Origin: an uncultured Candidatus Saccharibacteria bacterium
GTDB taxonomy: Bacteria; Patescibacteriota; Minisyncoccia; Phycocordibacterales; JACOZG01
NCBI GenBank assembly: GCA_964651115.1
Contig: CAZYXJ010000002.1
Span: 1-46,337, forward strand
Direction: 5' to 3'
Length of the DNA: 46,337 nucleotides
Below, in pieces: positions 25,592 through 34,279 of this stretch. Each line of letters begins with the position of its first letter. Position 1 is the first letter of the stretch. The notes beneath the pieces are model-generated. The model did not search any database. It was not told the origin of the DNA and saw only the letters and a program-made list of their open reading frames with translations. Position numbers and translations under genes: made by a program.

Positions 25592-27768
25592 CTATTCGGC
25601 ACCTTAGCTCATCTTGGTTGGTTCGGGTTATTGGAATATTAAGTTTGGCGACGCTTTTGGTGCCGCTATTTGTGGCAGATAGTTTGTTCTTTCCCTATAT
25701 CACTGGTAAGGCGATTGCTTTTCGGGCACTGACGGCTTTGGCGGTGATTTTTTGGGCTGGCTTGATTTGGCGGGAGCCGACTTTAATGCCCAAGCGTTCA
25801 ATTTGGCTGGCTGCTCTGGGGGTTTTTATTGGCGTGTTAACACTGTCAACATTTACGAGCATTGATTGGTATCGCAGTTTTTGGTCCAACTACGAACGAA
25901 TGGAGGGTCTGGTTACCTTTTTATATTTGGGTGCCTGGGCATTGGTGCTCTCGACCGTGTTCCGTCTGGAAGTTTTTCGGCGTTGGTTTTGGACGACCAT
26001 GCTTTTTGTTAGTGGATTGCTGGTGTTGTTAGCAATTATCGACGGGGCTCGAGCCGGCTCTTTTAATGGGGCTGTGCGTTTAGATGCTACCTTGGGTAAT
26101 CCGATTTATTTGGCGGTGTATATGTTGTTTGGCCTCGGTGTGTCGGCCGTAGTTGCTCTCCGGGCTCGATCTTTGGCTACGCGTCTCCTGTTGGGAATTT
26201 TGGCCCTTGGACAACTGTGGGCTCTGTATGCTACGGCTACACGTAGTGCCATTCTGGGTTTGATCGGTGGCTTAATCGTGGCGGCGGTGATTTTTGCTTG
26301 GCGGGGGCGTAGCTTTCCTGGGGCTCGCCGATTAGTCATTGCGTTTCTGGCCGCGGTAGTTGTGCTGACCGGTGGCTTTTGGCTTGCCCGGGAATCATCT
26401 TTTGTGCAGGGGAGCCCAGTACTTAGCAGGATTGTTAACATTTCTTTAAGTGACGCCACCACTCGTCACCGCCTAATGAACTGGGACATGGGCTGGCGGG
26501 GATTTCTTGAGCGACCAATTACTGGTTGGGGTTTAGAAAATTACATGGTTGTATTTAGTCGCTTTTATAATCCTGAGCTTTACGATGCTGAGCAGTGGTT
26601 TGATCGGACACACAATATTTATATAGATTGGCTGGTGTCGGCTGGAGTGTTGGGTCTCGCTGCCTATCTTTTTCTGTTGGCGACAGCGCTTTATTATATT
26701 TGGAAGCGCCCACGATCAATTGCAGAAGTGTCGGTGTTGTCTGGCTTGATCTTAGCTTATGCCATTCATAATATTTTCGTTTTCGACAGTTTAACCAGCT
26801 ATATGATTTTATTTGCTGGCTTAGCTTGGCTGGTGACGGAAAGTAGCAATCCCAACCATCAGGAGGAGCCACTAATTAATGAACGGGGTTCTAAAATCGC
26901 GGCGGTAATTTTCGGAGTAGCGGCAATGGTGTCGTTGTGGTGGGCCGTGATCGTTCCTTGGCGTGGCGCTCAACTGTTAGTAGAGACGCTTAATACTGGT
27001 GATCCGGTATCGAAGTTAGATTATTTTAATCAAGCAGTTGATTGGGGTGGTCCAGGACAAGTTGAGGTTCGCGAACAATTAATACAGCAGTCAGGATTTT
27101 TACTGGCGGCTCCAGCTGCGTTGGCGGCGGAAGCTCAGACTTTGATTGATTCGGAAATGAAAAAAGAAATTGATCGGTCGCCGACGAATGTTCGCGCTCT
27201 TTTATTTTATGGATCATATTTGCGAATTAATAAGCGGGCCGCCGAAGCCATTCCTTATTTAGAGCGAGCCGTAGAGCTTTCTCCGACTAAGCAAATGATT
27301 TTGTTTGAACTTGTTTATGCGCTAGATGGGGCGGGGAGGAAGACGGAGGCCTTGGCTGTGGCGCGAAAGGCTTATGAGTTGGCGCCCAAATTCCGTACCG
27401 CCGCCGAAATTTATGCCACCTGGTTGGGGCGAACTGGTCAACAGGACGAGGCGCGGAAGATCCTGGCTTCTTTGCCGGTCGAGCTTTCAGAAAATTTGGA
27501 CTTGGACGAAGTTAATCGTCAGATCAATAGTTTTATTGCCGCGGAGCGCTATGACCTAGCGGCATCCTTGTGGCAGAAAGTTGTAGACGAGCATCCGCAA
27601 AACGCTGAGTATCGTTTTCGTTTGGCGGCGGCACGATTGTTGAATGGTGAAAAAAATAAATCGATCGAAGAGTTGCAGGCGGCGGTTAAGATTGAACCAA
27701 GACTCAGTAAACAAGTTGAATTTTTGATCAGCGAAATTCGCGCGGGGAGAAATCCGATCAGTAAATAA
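25588..27768 (+). CDS. O-antigen ligase/polymerase-like (Wzy_C) membrane protein fused to C-terminal TPR repeats
   Basis: About 12 TM segments, the block ATRSAILGLIGGLIV, and ~230 C-terminal residues with TPR-like periodicity (AEAIPYLERAVELSP..., ALAVARKAYELAP...). Confidence 0.65.
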   Translation: MTIRHLSSSWLVRVIGILSLATLLVPLFVADSLFFPYITGKAIAFRALTALAVIFWAGLIWREPTLMPKRSIWLAALGVFIGVLTLSTFTSIDWYRSFWSNYERMEGLVTFLYLGAWALVLSTVFRLEVFRRWFWTTMLFVSGLLVLLAIIDGARAGSFNGAVRLDATLGNPIYLAVYMLFGLGVSAVVALRARSLATRLLLGILALGQLWALYATATRSAILGLIGGLIVAAVIFAWRGRSFPGARRLVIAFLAAVVVLTGGFWLARESSFVQGSPVLSRIVNISLSDATTRHRLMNWDMGWRGFLERPITGWGLENYMVVFSRFYNPELYDAEQWFDRTHNIYIDWLVSAGVLGLAAYLFLLATALYYIWKRPRSIAEVSVLSGLILAYAIHNIFVFDSLTSYMILFAGLAWLVTESSNPNHQEEPLINERGSKIAAVIFGVAAMVSLWWAVIVPWRGAQLLVETLNTGDPVSKLDYFNQAVDWGGPGQVEVREQLIQQSGFLLAAPAALAAEAQTLIDSEMKKEIDRSPTNVRALLFYGSYLRINKRAAEAIPYLERAVELSPTKQMILFELVYALDGAGRKTEALAVARKAYELAPKFRTAAEIYATWLGRTGQQDEARKILASLPVELSENLDLDEVNRQINSFIAAERYDLAASLWQKVVDEHPQNAEYRFRLAAARLLNGEKNKSIEELQAAVKIEPRLSKQVEFLISEIRAGRNPISK

Positions 27769-27794
27769 TTTTTCAAAAAATATTTTTTGAAAAA
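27769..27794. repeat. Perfect 26-bp AT-rich palindrome
   Basis: tttttcaaaaaa-ta-ttttttgaaaaa, starting 1 nt after the stop codon of the upstream gene. Confidence 0.95.
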
Positions 27795-27877
27795 GTTATC
27801 CACACTTTTCGCTAAAAATAATTGTCGTGCACGATGATTTGTTCGATAATTATTGTGTACGCAGTGATTGGTATGTT

Positions 27878-27907
27878 TGCAAAATATTTTTTAAAAAATA
27901 TTTTGCA
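27878..27907. repeat. Perfect 30-bp AT-rich palindrome
   Basis: tgcaaaatatttttt / aaaaaatattttgca. It shares the AAAATATTTT core with the first palindrome. Confidence 0.95.
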
Positions 27908-27951
27908 CAAGGTCGCGATCATTGCTGGAAACCAAAATTTTGAAATTTACT

Positions 27952-28041
27952 ATGGCTGCTAAAAAACGAAAGGCAACGAAGAAGAAGACGGCGAAGAAGA
28001 CCACCAAGCGCAAGACTGCAAAGCGCAAGGCTCGCCGATAG
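27952..28041 (+). CDS. 29-aa Lys/Arg-rich mini-protein (absent from the ORF track)
   Basis: ATG...TAG encodes MAAKKRKATKKKTAKKTTKRKTAKRKARR. A strong terminator starts 10 nt after the stop. No SD is present. Confidence 0.5.
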   Translation: MAAKKRKATKKKTAKKTTKRKTAKRKARR

Positions 28042-28051
28042 ATTGCTTAAG

Positions 28052-28096
28052 AACAACCCCGCTTCCTAACGACAGAGGCCGGGGTTGTTTTTTTGT
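28052..28096 (+). terminator. Strong rho-independent terminator or attenuator immediately upstream of secA
   Basis: aacaaccccg / cggggttgtt stem with an inner cct/agg pairing, followed by tttttgtg. The secA GTG is 22 nt downstream. Confidence 0.8.
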
Positions 28097-28118
28097 GCCA
28101 AAAAGAGCAGAATGAGTC

Positions 28119-30587
28119 GTGGCTTTTCTGCAAAAACTATTTCGGGGCGGAGAATCGGCTCGCTTTGTCCGATCGGCTAGACCTTTGGTCTTGGCGATCA
28201 ATGATCTGGAGAGTCAGTTTGAGTCCTTAAGTGACGTGGAGTTAACCGCCAAGACTTCGGAGTTTCGGGCTGCTTTGGCGGCCGGGGCGGAGTTAGATTC
28301 TTTATTGGTTCCCGCTTTTGCGGCGGTGAGAGAGTCGGCACGTCGCACTTTGGGCCAGCGCCATTATGACGTGCAATTGTTGGGCGGTATCGCTCTTCAT
28401 CGTGGCGGCGTAGCCGAGATGCGAACAGGTGAGGGAAAAACTTTGGTTTGTACTTTGCCGGCCTACCTTAACGCGTTAAGTGGTCGGGGGGTCCATGTGG
28501 TGACGGTTAACGATTATTTGGCTCGTCGTGACGCGGTGTGGATGGGGCAAATCTATGCCGCACTCGGCTTGTCGGTGGGCGTCATTAATAACGACGCTTC
28601 TTATCTATATGATCCGGGCCATCGCGAAGTGGATGCCGCGCGCGATGAAACCGGTTCGTTTAAGGTTTTTTATGATTTTCTAAAGCCATGCGCGCGTGCC
28701 GAGGCTTATCGAGCCGATATTACCTACGGCACCAATAATCAGTATGGTTTTGATTACTTGCGCGATAACCTGGCTCATTCTCCGGCCGGCGTGGTTCAGC
28801 TTTCCACTGCTCATCCCGGACACCATTTTGCGATTATCGACGAAGTCGATTCTATTTTGATTGATGAGGCGCGAACGCCGTTGATTATTGCTGGTCCAGT
28901 GGGTGAGTCAGAAAGTTTGTATACCAAGTTTGCGGATTTGGTCCGTAATTTTACTCCGGGAGTTGATTACACGGTTGAGGAAAAGGAGCGCTCTATTGGT
29001 ATGACTGAGGAGGGGATTACCAAGGCGGAAAAGTCTTTGGGTATTGATAATCTGTACACCGACGGCGGCATTAAGTACGTTCATCATTTGGAGACCGCTG
29101 TCAAAGCCAAGGCACTTTATGAAATTGATCGTCATTACGTGGTTCGCGATGGTGAGGTGGTGATTGTTGATGATTTTACGGGGCGCTTAATGCCTGGTCG
29201 ACGCTGGTCGGATGGTTTGCATCAAGCCATTGAGGCCAAGGAGGGCGTGTCTATTCGTCAGGAGTCTCGGACTTTTGCCAGTATTACCTTTCAAAATTAT
29301 TTTCGCTTGTATGGCAAAATTTCCGGGATGACGGGTACGGCGTCCTCGTCAGCCGAGGAATTTTTGAAAGTTTATGCGCTGGATGTTTTGTCGATCCCGA
29401 CGCATCGTCCGAGCGCCCGCGAAGATCGTGAGGATTTAATTTTCCAAACCGAAAAAGGTAAGTTCCAGGCGATTGCGCGGGCGATTAAGGGCTTGCACGA
29501 AAAGGGCCAACCGGTGTTGGTGGGCACCGTTTCGATTGAAAAAAATGAGTTACTCTCTGCCTATCTCAAGCGCGAGGGGATTCCTCACCAGATTCTAAAT
29601 GCCAAAAACCACGAGCAGGAGGGAGCGATTATTGCCGAAGCGGGTAAGCGAGGAAGTGTGGTGATTGCTACCAACATGGCGGGTCGTGGTGTCGACATCA
29701 AGCTTGGCGGTAGCGACGCGACCGAACAGGAGGCCACGGCCATTAGGGAATTGGGCGGTTTGTTTGTGCTGGGGACGGAGCGTCACGAAGCGCGGCGCAT
29801 CGACGATCAGTTGCGCGGGCGTTCCGGTCGCCAGGGTGATCCCGGAGCAACGCAGTTTTATATTTCGTTTGAGGATGATTTAGCGCGGATTTTCGCGTCC
29901 GATCGAGTTAAGTCGATGATGGGCCGATTGGGCATTCCGGAGGACGAGCCGATTCAAAATCGCTTGGTTAGCCGCGCGATTGAGAACGCCCAGGCCAAGA
30001 TTGAGGGTTTAAATTTTGACCGCCGCAAGCATGTTTTGGATTACGACATGGTGATGAACCATCAGCGGACGATTATTTACGAGCGGCGTAATGATTTGTT
30101 GTTTGGTGGCGAGTCCGACATTTTAGCTTTCTTGGAGCGAGCGCTCGAAGAGACGGTTGGCGCTGATGAGTTGGTGGCAATTCGCGAACAGATTGACCGT
30201 AAGCGCCAGGAGTTGGGGTCGGACGATTTTGTGATGGCCGTGCGGCAGCTGGCTCTCCAGACCATCGACATGCATTGGGTTAACCATTTGGAGACGATGG
30301 ATTATTTACAGTCAGCGGTGCGCTTGCGGCAAATTGGCCAGCGTGATCCTTTGGTAGAATATCGTAAGGAGGGCTTGGCGGCGTTCAAAGAGATGGAGCG
30401 AACAATTTTTGCTTCGGTGATTAAAGTGTTACCGACCCTAACTTTGACTAAGGCGCCACCGGTGACGGTCGCGGCCACCGAGACGAGTAGTCAGACGATC
30501 GGCCGCAATGATCCTTGCCCTTGCGGTTCGGGGAAAAAATATAAAAATTGCGGACTAATTAACGCTCCAGGGCACCGCGCTGGTTAA
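28119..30587 (+). CDS. secA: Preprotein translocase ATPase SecA
   Basis: MRTGEGKTLV (Walker A), DEVDSILIDEARTPLII, and a C-terminal zinc finger CPCGSGKKYKNCG. GTG start; an in-frame TGA lies 6 nt upstream. Confidence 0.95.
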   Translation: MAFLQKLFRGGESARFVRSARPLVLAINDLESQFESLSDVELTAKTSEFRAALAAGAELDSLLVPAFAAVRESARRTLGQRHYDVQLLGGIALHRGGVAEMRTGEGKTLVCTLPAYLNALSGRGVHVVTVNDYLARRDAVWMGQIYAALGLSVGVINNDASYLYDPGHREVDAARDETGSFKVFYDFLKPCARAEAYRADITYGTNNQYGFDYLRDNLAHSPAGVVQLSTAHPGHHFAIIDEVDSILIDEARTPLIIAGPVGESESLYTKFADLVRNFTPGVDYTVEEKERSIGMTEEGITKAEKSLGIDNLYTDGGIKYVHHLETAVKAKALYEIDRHYVVRDGEVVIVDDFTGRLMPGRRWSDGLHQAIEAKEGVSIRQESRTFASITFQNYFRLYGKISGMTGTASSSAEEFLKVYALDVLSIPTHRPSAREDREDLIFQTEKGKFQAIARAIKGLHEKGQPVLVGTVSIEKNELLSAYLKREGIPHQILNAKNHEQEGAIIAEAGKRGSVVIATNMAGRGVDIKLGGSDATEQEATAIRELGGLFVLGTERHEARRIDDQLRGRSGRQGDPGATQFYISFEDDLARIFASDRVKSMMGRLGIPEDEPIQNRLVSRAIENAQAKIEGLNFDRRKHVLDYDMVMNHQRTIIYERRNDLLFGGESDILAFLERALEETVGADELVAIREQIDRKRQELGSDDFVMAVRQLALQTIDMHWVNHLETMDYLQSAVRLRQIGQRDPLVEYRKEGLAAFKEMERTIFASVIKVLPTLTLTKAPPVTVAATETSSQTIGRNDPCPCGSGKKYKNCGLINAPGHRAG

Positions 30588-30591
30588 ATTG

Positions 30592-30600
30592 TGCTATAAT
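30592..30600 (+). promoter_or_regulatory. Extended -10 promoter, near-leaderless
   Basis: TGcTATAAT ends 10 nt before ATG 30611, with no SD between them. Confidence 0.5.
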
Positions 30601-30610
30601 TTGTTCGTCT

Positions 30611-31090
30611 ATGAACCGTCGTCAGAAAATTAGCCGACGCCTAGAAATTGGAGTCGGTTTATTGTTGCTGGTTTTGGTTGTTTGGGGCGCCTACGAATCT
30701 TTTTATAAACACGGGGCAGCGTATGTTTTTTCTAAACTAGGTTTGGCCGCGCCCGTGCCAGAATTGACGCACCAGCAAAATGTTTGGCTGCACGCGCTCG
30801 AGTGGTGCGAGAGCAGTGGGACCAAAACTGCGATTAATGAAAAAGATTTGGATGGCACGCCCTCTTATTATTCTTTTCAGTTTAAGCCCAGCACCTTTAA
30901 GCAGTACGGGGTTAAGTATGGATTGCTCAGCAAGCGGGTGGATGATGAGACGGTGGAGGTTAAGTTGGCCAGCTATGAGTTACAGCGCCAAATGGTGATG
31001 AGGATGATGTTTGATCGGAGCGTGCGCTGGAATCGCGAATTTCCTGATTGTGTTCGCCGGTTGGGTCCGCCGCCGGTAGTGGAAGATTAA
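30611..31090 (+). CDS. Membrane-anchored lysozyme/transglycosylase-like protein
   Basis: N-terminal TM segment. WCESSG...SYYSFQF resembles the Glu-Ser catalytic block and the S-x-G-x-Q block of transglycosylase-like domains. Confidence 0.45.
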   Translation: MNRRQKISRRLEIGVGLLLLVLVVWGAYESFYKHGAAYVFSKLGLAAPVPELTHQQNVWLHALEWCESSGTKTAINEKDLDGTPSYYSFQFKPSTFKQYGVKYGLLSKRVDDETVEVKLASYELQRQMVMRMMFDRSVRWNREFPDCVRRLGPPPVVED

Positions 31091-31097
31091 TTGCTTC

Positions 31098-34000
31098 GTG
31101 ACCAATTTTAGTTTTAAAATATCAGGAATGAGAGCGCGGTCTAAATTTTGGTGGCCGGTGATTTTTTTGGCTGTTTTGGCGACGGCCCTGATCGGCAGTC
31201 GCTGGTTTGAGCTGGGGTCATTGGTGGCGACGCCGGCGGCGGTGAATTTGGCCAATCCTAGCGCGCCGATTCGTGCTTTTTCGGTGACGCGAGATATTCC
31301 GATTAACACCGCTCAGGAAATCGAATTGTGGAGTAACGCCACCGCCCCAAGTTATCAAATTGTTTCGGCCCCTGGTCATGGTGGACTGAGCGCGGTTAGT
31401 GGCGGGAGAGTGACATACACGCCCGCCACTGGTTACGTCGGGCCAGACGCCTTTTCCTTTACGGTGACGGATAGTCGAGGGACAAGTGCCGTCGCAACCG
31501 TTTGGCTGACCGTGGTCCCCAATCCCCGGCTAAATCGAACGGGCAGTGAGATGAACACCATGATCCCAATTTTAACCCCAGATCATTGGGATGACCCCGA
31601 ACCTTTGAGACGAGATGATGATCCGGTTTCGAAAGCCGATTATTTAGATTATATTGTTGATACTTATCAGCGTCGTCAGCCCGGGGGTAATCCGGACGAT
31701 TTTTATCAATACGACCCATTAATTTATAATAGTTTTTTCTACCGCGCGCTTGGTGATGCTAGTTATTTGCAGCAAGCTCTCACAGCGCTCGGCAAATTGG
31801 GCGCTTATTACACCACTGGTCCCGGAGCCAGTAACCCCAGTATTTATTTTCGCCGCTCAGACTCCGCTCCAACCTTAGAGGCGCTGTCGTGGATTTTGCC
31901 CAATTTGGCTTCGACGACGGATGAGGCCACCGCTACTTCGGCTCGCGATCAGGTGATGACGTTGTTTGATAAATTAGAGCGATTTAATCCGCCCACGACT
32001 CCGTGGCAATTTGGCGCCGGCAATCAGAGTATTGGCCCGGCCGCGGCTCTAAAGGTGATCGAATCTCTTTATCCCAATTATCCTGACGCGGCCGCCAGTT
32101 CTGAGCGCCAAACGATAGCTAACCAGGTTTGGACTGATTGGACGACGGAGGTGGATGGTTTTGAGAATGCGACTGATTACAATGGTTTATTTGCTGCCGG
32201 AGTGCTGCATTGGCTAGCCGGCGCCACCACTCAAGAACGAGCGGCGCTTTTTGGTCGGTCTGATTTTTCTGATTATGCCCAGCGTTATCTGTTGCAAGTT
32301 TCGCCTCTGGGTATCATCCCCGGTTATGGTGACACTTTTGGTTTTGGTGGTCGTCCGGGGCACTGGGTCCACGCTTTTGAGTCTTGGGCGCCCGAGCTGA
32401 AGTCGACCGATGGTGAGCTGGCGGGTAATTTGCGTTGGGCCGCCGGTCAGGCTCTGGGTTGGATTAAGCGCCAAGAGTCGCCAATGGATTTTTGGGGTAA
32501 TTTAAGTGACTTCACGTTGCGCGATGTGATGTTTGGTTACTTTAAAGTTGACGATGGAATTGCTCCCCGGGCCCCGTCGGAGGGCAGCGTGTTAACTTAT
32601 CGACACGACGTTGAGTTTAAGAGTGGGGCGGTACGTGACGCCACTGGTTATCCGGCGGTAGTGAAAAGTAATACCATTCCTGACAAATTAGTGATCCGGA
32701 CTGGTTGGGACGAAGATGATTTTTATGCTTTGTTTGAACTAGCCCCACCGCTTGGTCATGGCCACAACGATACCGGCAGTCTCAATGCGTTGATTGAGGG
32801 CGGCAGCTTGCTTTTGGGCGATACGCCCTACGTCATCAAAGACCATCGTTTCCATAATGCTTTTCAGTTAATTCCTAATGGACCAGAAACTGTTTCCAAT
32901 CAAGAGACCACTTTGCGTTCGATGCGGACCACTAATCCTTCGGTGCGGGATGGTCGGCTAGGAACAATTGCTAATTTTTCGATTTCGTCCTATTTGGGTC
33001 GATCAGTTGATTTGTCTCGGTCAGTTTTTGTTTTAAAAAGTCCCCGCGGCCAGGCCCCTTATTTGTGGGTTCGTGATCGGGTGGTGGGGCGCGAAGAGGA
33101 TTCGTTTTCCGGGACCATTGGTCCCGCTTGGCAGACCCAAACGATTTACGGCGCTCGCGGCAATGCTTGGGTTAATACCACCTTCCAGACTATTCCCGTT
33201 GGCTACGTCGATGTTTTGGAATACATTGCTCAGTGGTCTAACGCCAATCGTGATCTGCTGATGATTTTTCCGGGGGCTAGCTCGCTTTCCATCGAAAATG
33301 TCAGTCGCGACACCACCAGATTAAATAGCGCGGTTGATCAGCAGAATACTTCTCGTCTAAAAGTTGGAGCATTTAAATCGACAATTGTTTCAACTGCGCC
33401 GCAGAGTTTTTCTACCTTGCTCGTCCCTCACGCTCCCACGCCAGACGCCACTGATCTGGCCGAACAATTTAGAAGCGTGATTGCGGAGCCGAACGTGACC
33501 GTGGTTTCGCGCACGAGCGGCAACGTTAAGGAGTATTTGGGGGTTAATGATTTGGGGGCGACGATTAGCTTTGATGGCATCACCACTAACGCGACGCGTT
33601 TGATGCTTGTTCGCGATGGCAGTACTTTAAATTATCAATTAGAGGGCGTGCGATCGTTGGTGGTGGATGGCAAAACTGTCGTGGCCGAAAGTGGCACGGT
33701 TAATCGTGAGGGTTCGTTTTCGCTCGGTTCAACGAGTTCAACCAAGTCAACTACGACAACGTCCAGCACTACGGTTCGGCCGCCCGAAGTGGCTGGGGTG
33801 GTGACTCCCGAACCAACCACTCCGGTGGTGGCGCCGGCGAGTCCTTTGCCTAAACTAATTGGCCCGTTTGCTTACGGGATGAAGAGCGATCAGGTGAGAG
33901 TTCTCCAGCAGATGCTGGCGCGTGATCCGAGCATTGTGCCGCCCGCGCCGATTTCTGGAGTTTACGATATGTATACGGCCAAGGCAGTGTCAATTTTCCA

Positions 34001-34220
34001 AAAACGTTTAGGTTTAGTGACCTATGGCACCCCCGATACAACTGGTTTTGGTTTAGCGGGTCCAGCAACGCGCGCTAAGCTTAATGAGCTCTATGGTGGA
34101 ACCACCGTGACTCCTACCGCGACGATTGACGCCGACCGCCGGGCCTTAATTTTATCTCTCCAAACTAAACTCTTAGAACTTTTGATAAAACTGCGAGACG
34201 CTCTTTTGTTGGGCGCTTAA
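31098..34220 (+). CDS. Large secreted protein: Ig-like/VCBS domain, heparinase II/III-like domain, PG-binding domain
   Basis: Signal anchor (alternative ATG at 31128). VTYTPATGYVGPDAFSFTVTDSRGTS is a cadherin/VCBS-like Ig block. LGHGHNDTGSL (nt 32755-32772 code GHGHND) is typical of the heparinase II/III family. The C-terminus GMKSDQVRVLQQML...GVYDMYTAKAVSIFQ is PG_binding_1-like. Confidence 0.6.
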   Translation: MTNFSFKISGMRARSKFWWPVIFLAVLATALIGSRWFELGSLVATPAAVNLANPSAPIRAFSVTRDIPINTAQEIELWSNATAPSYQIVSAPGHGGLSAVSGGRVTYTPATGYVGPDAFSFTVTDSRGTSAVATVWLTVVPNPRLNRTGSEMNTMIPILTPDHWDDPEPLRRDDDPVSKADYLDYIVDTYQRRQPGGNPDDFYQYDPLIYNSFFYRALGDASYLQQALTALGKLGAYYTTGPGASNPSIYFRRSDSAPTLEALSWILPNLASTTDEATATSARDQVMTLFDKLERFNPPTTPWQFGAGNQSIGPAAALKVIESLYPNYPDAAASSERQTIANQVWTDWTTEVDGFENATDYNGLFAAGVLHWLAGATTQERAALFGRSDFSDYAQRYLLQVSPLGIIPGYGDTFGFGGRPGHWVHAFESWAPELKSTDGELAGNLRWAAGQALGWIKRQESPMDFWGNLSDFTLRDVMFGYFKVDDGIAPRAPSEGSVLTYRHDVEFKSGAVRDATGYPAVVKSNTIPDKLVIRTGWDEDDFYALFELAPPLGHGHNDTGSLNALIEGGSLLLGDTPYVIKDHRFHNAFQLIPNGPETVSNQETTLRSMRTTNPSVRDGRLGTIANFSISSYLGRSVDLSRSVFVLKSPRGQAPYLWVRDRVVGREEDSFSGTIGPAWQTQTIYGARGNAWVNTTFQTIPVGYVDVLEYIAQWSNANRDLLMIFPGASSLSIENVSRDTTRLNSAVDQQNTSRLKVGAFKSTIVSTAPQSFSTLLVPHAPTPDATDLAEQFRSVIAEPNVTVVSRTSGNVKEYLGVNDLGATISFDGITTNATRLMLVRDGSTLNYQLEGVRSLVVDGKTVVAESGTVNREGSFSLGSTSSTKSTTTTSSTTVRPPEVAGVVTPEPTTPVVAPASPLPKLIGPFAYGMKSDQVRVLQQMLARDPSIVPPAPISGVYDMYTAKAVSIFQKRLGLVTYGTPDTTGFGLAGPATRAKLNELYGGTTVTPTATIDADRRALILSLQTKLLELLIKLRDALLLGA

Positions 34221-34258
34221 TTTAAGAGGTTTATCCCCACCGGATTGACCTAATTGAT

Positions 34259-34267
34259 TGCTATAAT
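34259..34267 (+). promoter_or_regulatory. Extended -10 promoter, short leader
   Basis: TGcTATAAT ends 12 nt before ATG 34280. Confidence 0.5.
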
Positions 34268-34279
34268 TGGGTTACTGGT

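Noticed and set aside
27796-27804. A perfect DnaA-box 9-mer, TTATCCACA, next to the AT-rich palindromes. Possible oriC.
   Set aside because: I find only one box in the intergenic region. No dnaA or dnaN is nearby, and gene orientation does not switch here, since genes on both sides are on the plus strand. A single 9-mer match in 46 kb over both strands is not improbable by chance. A GC-skew computation on the whole contig would settle it.
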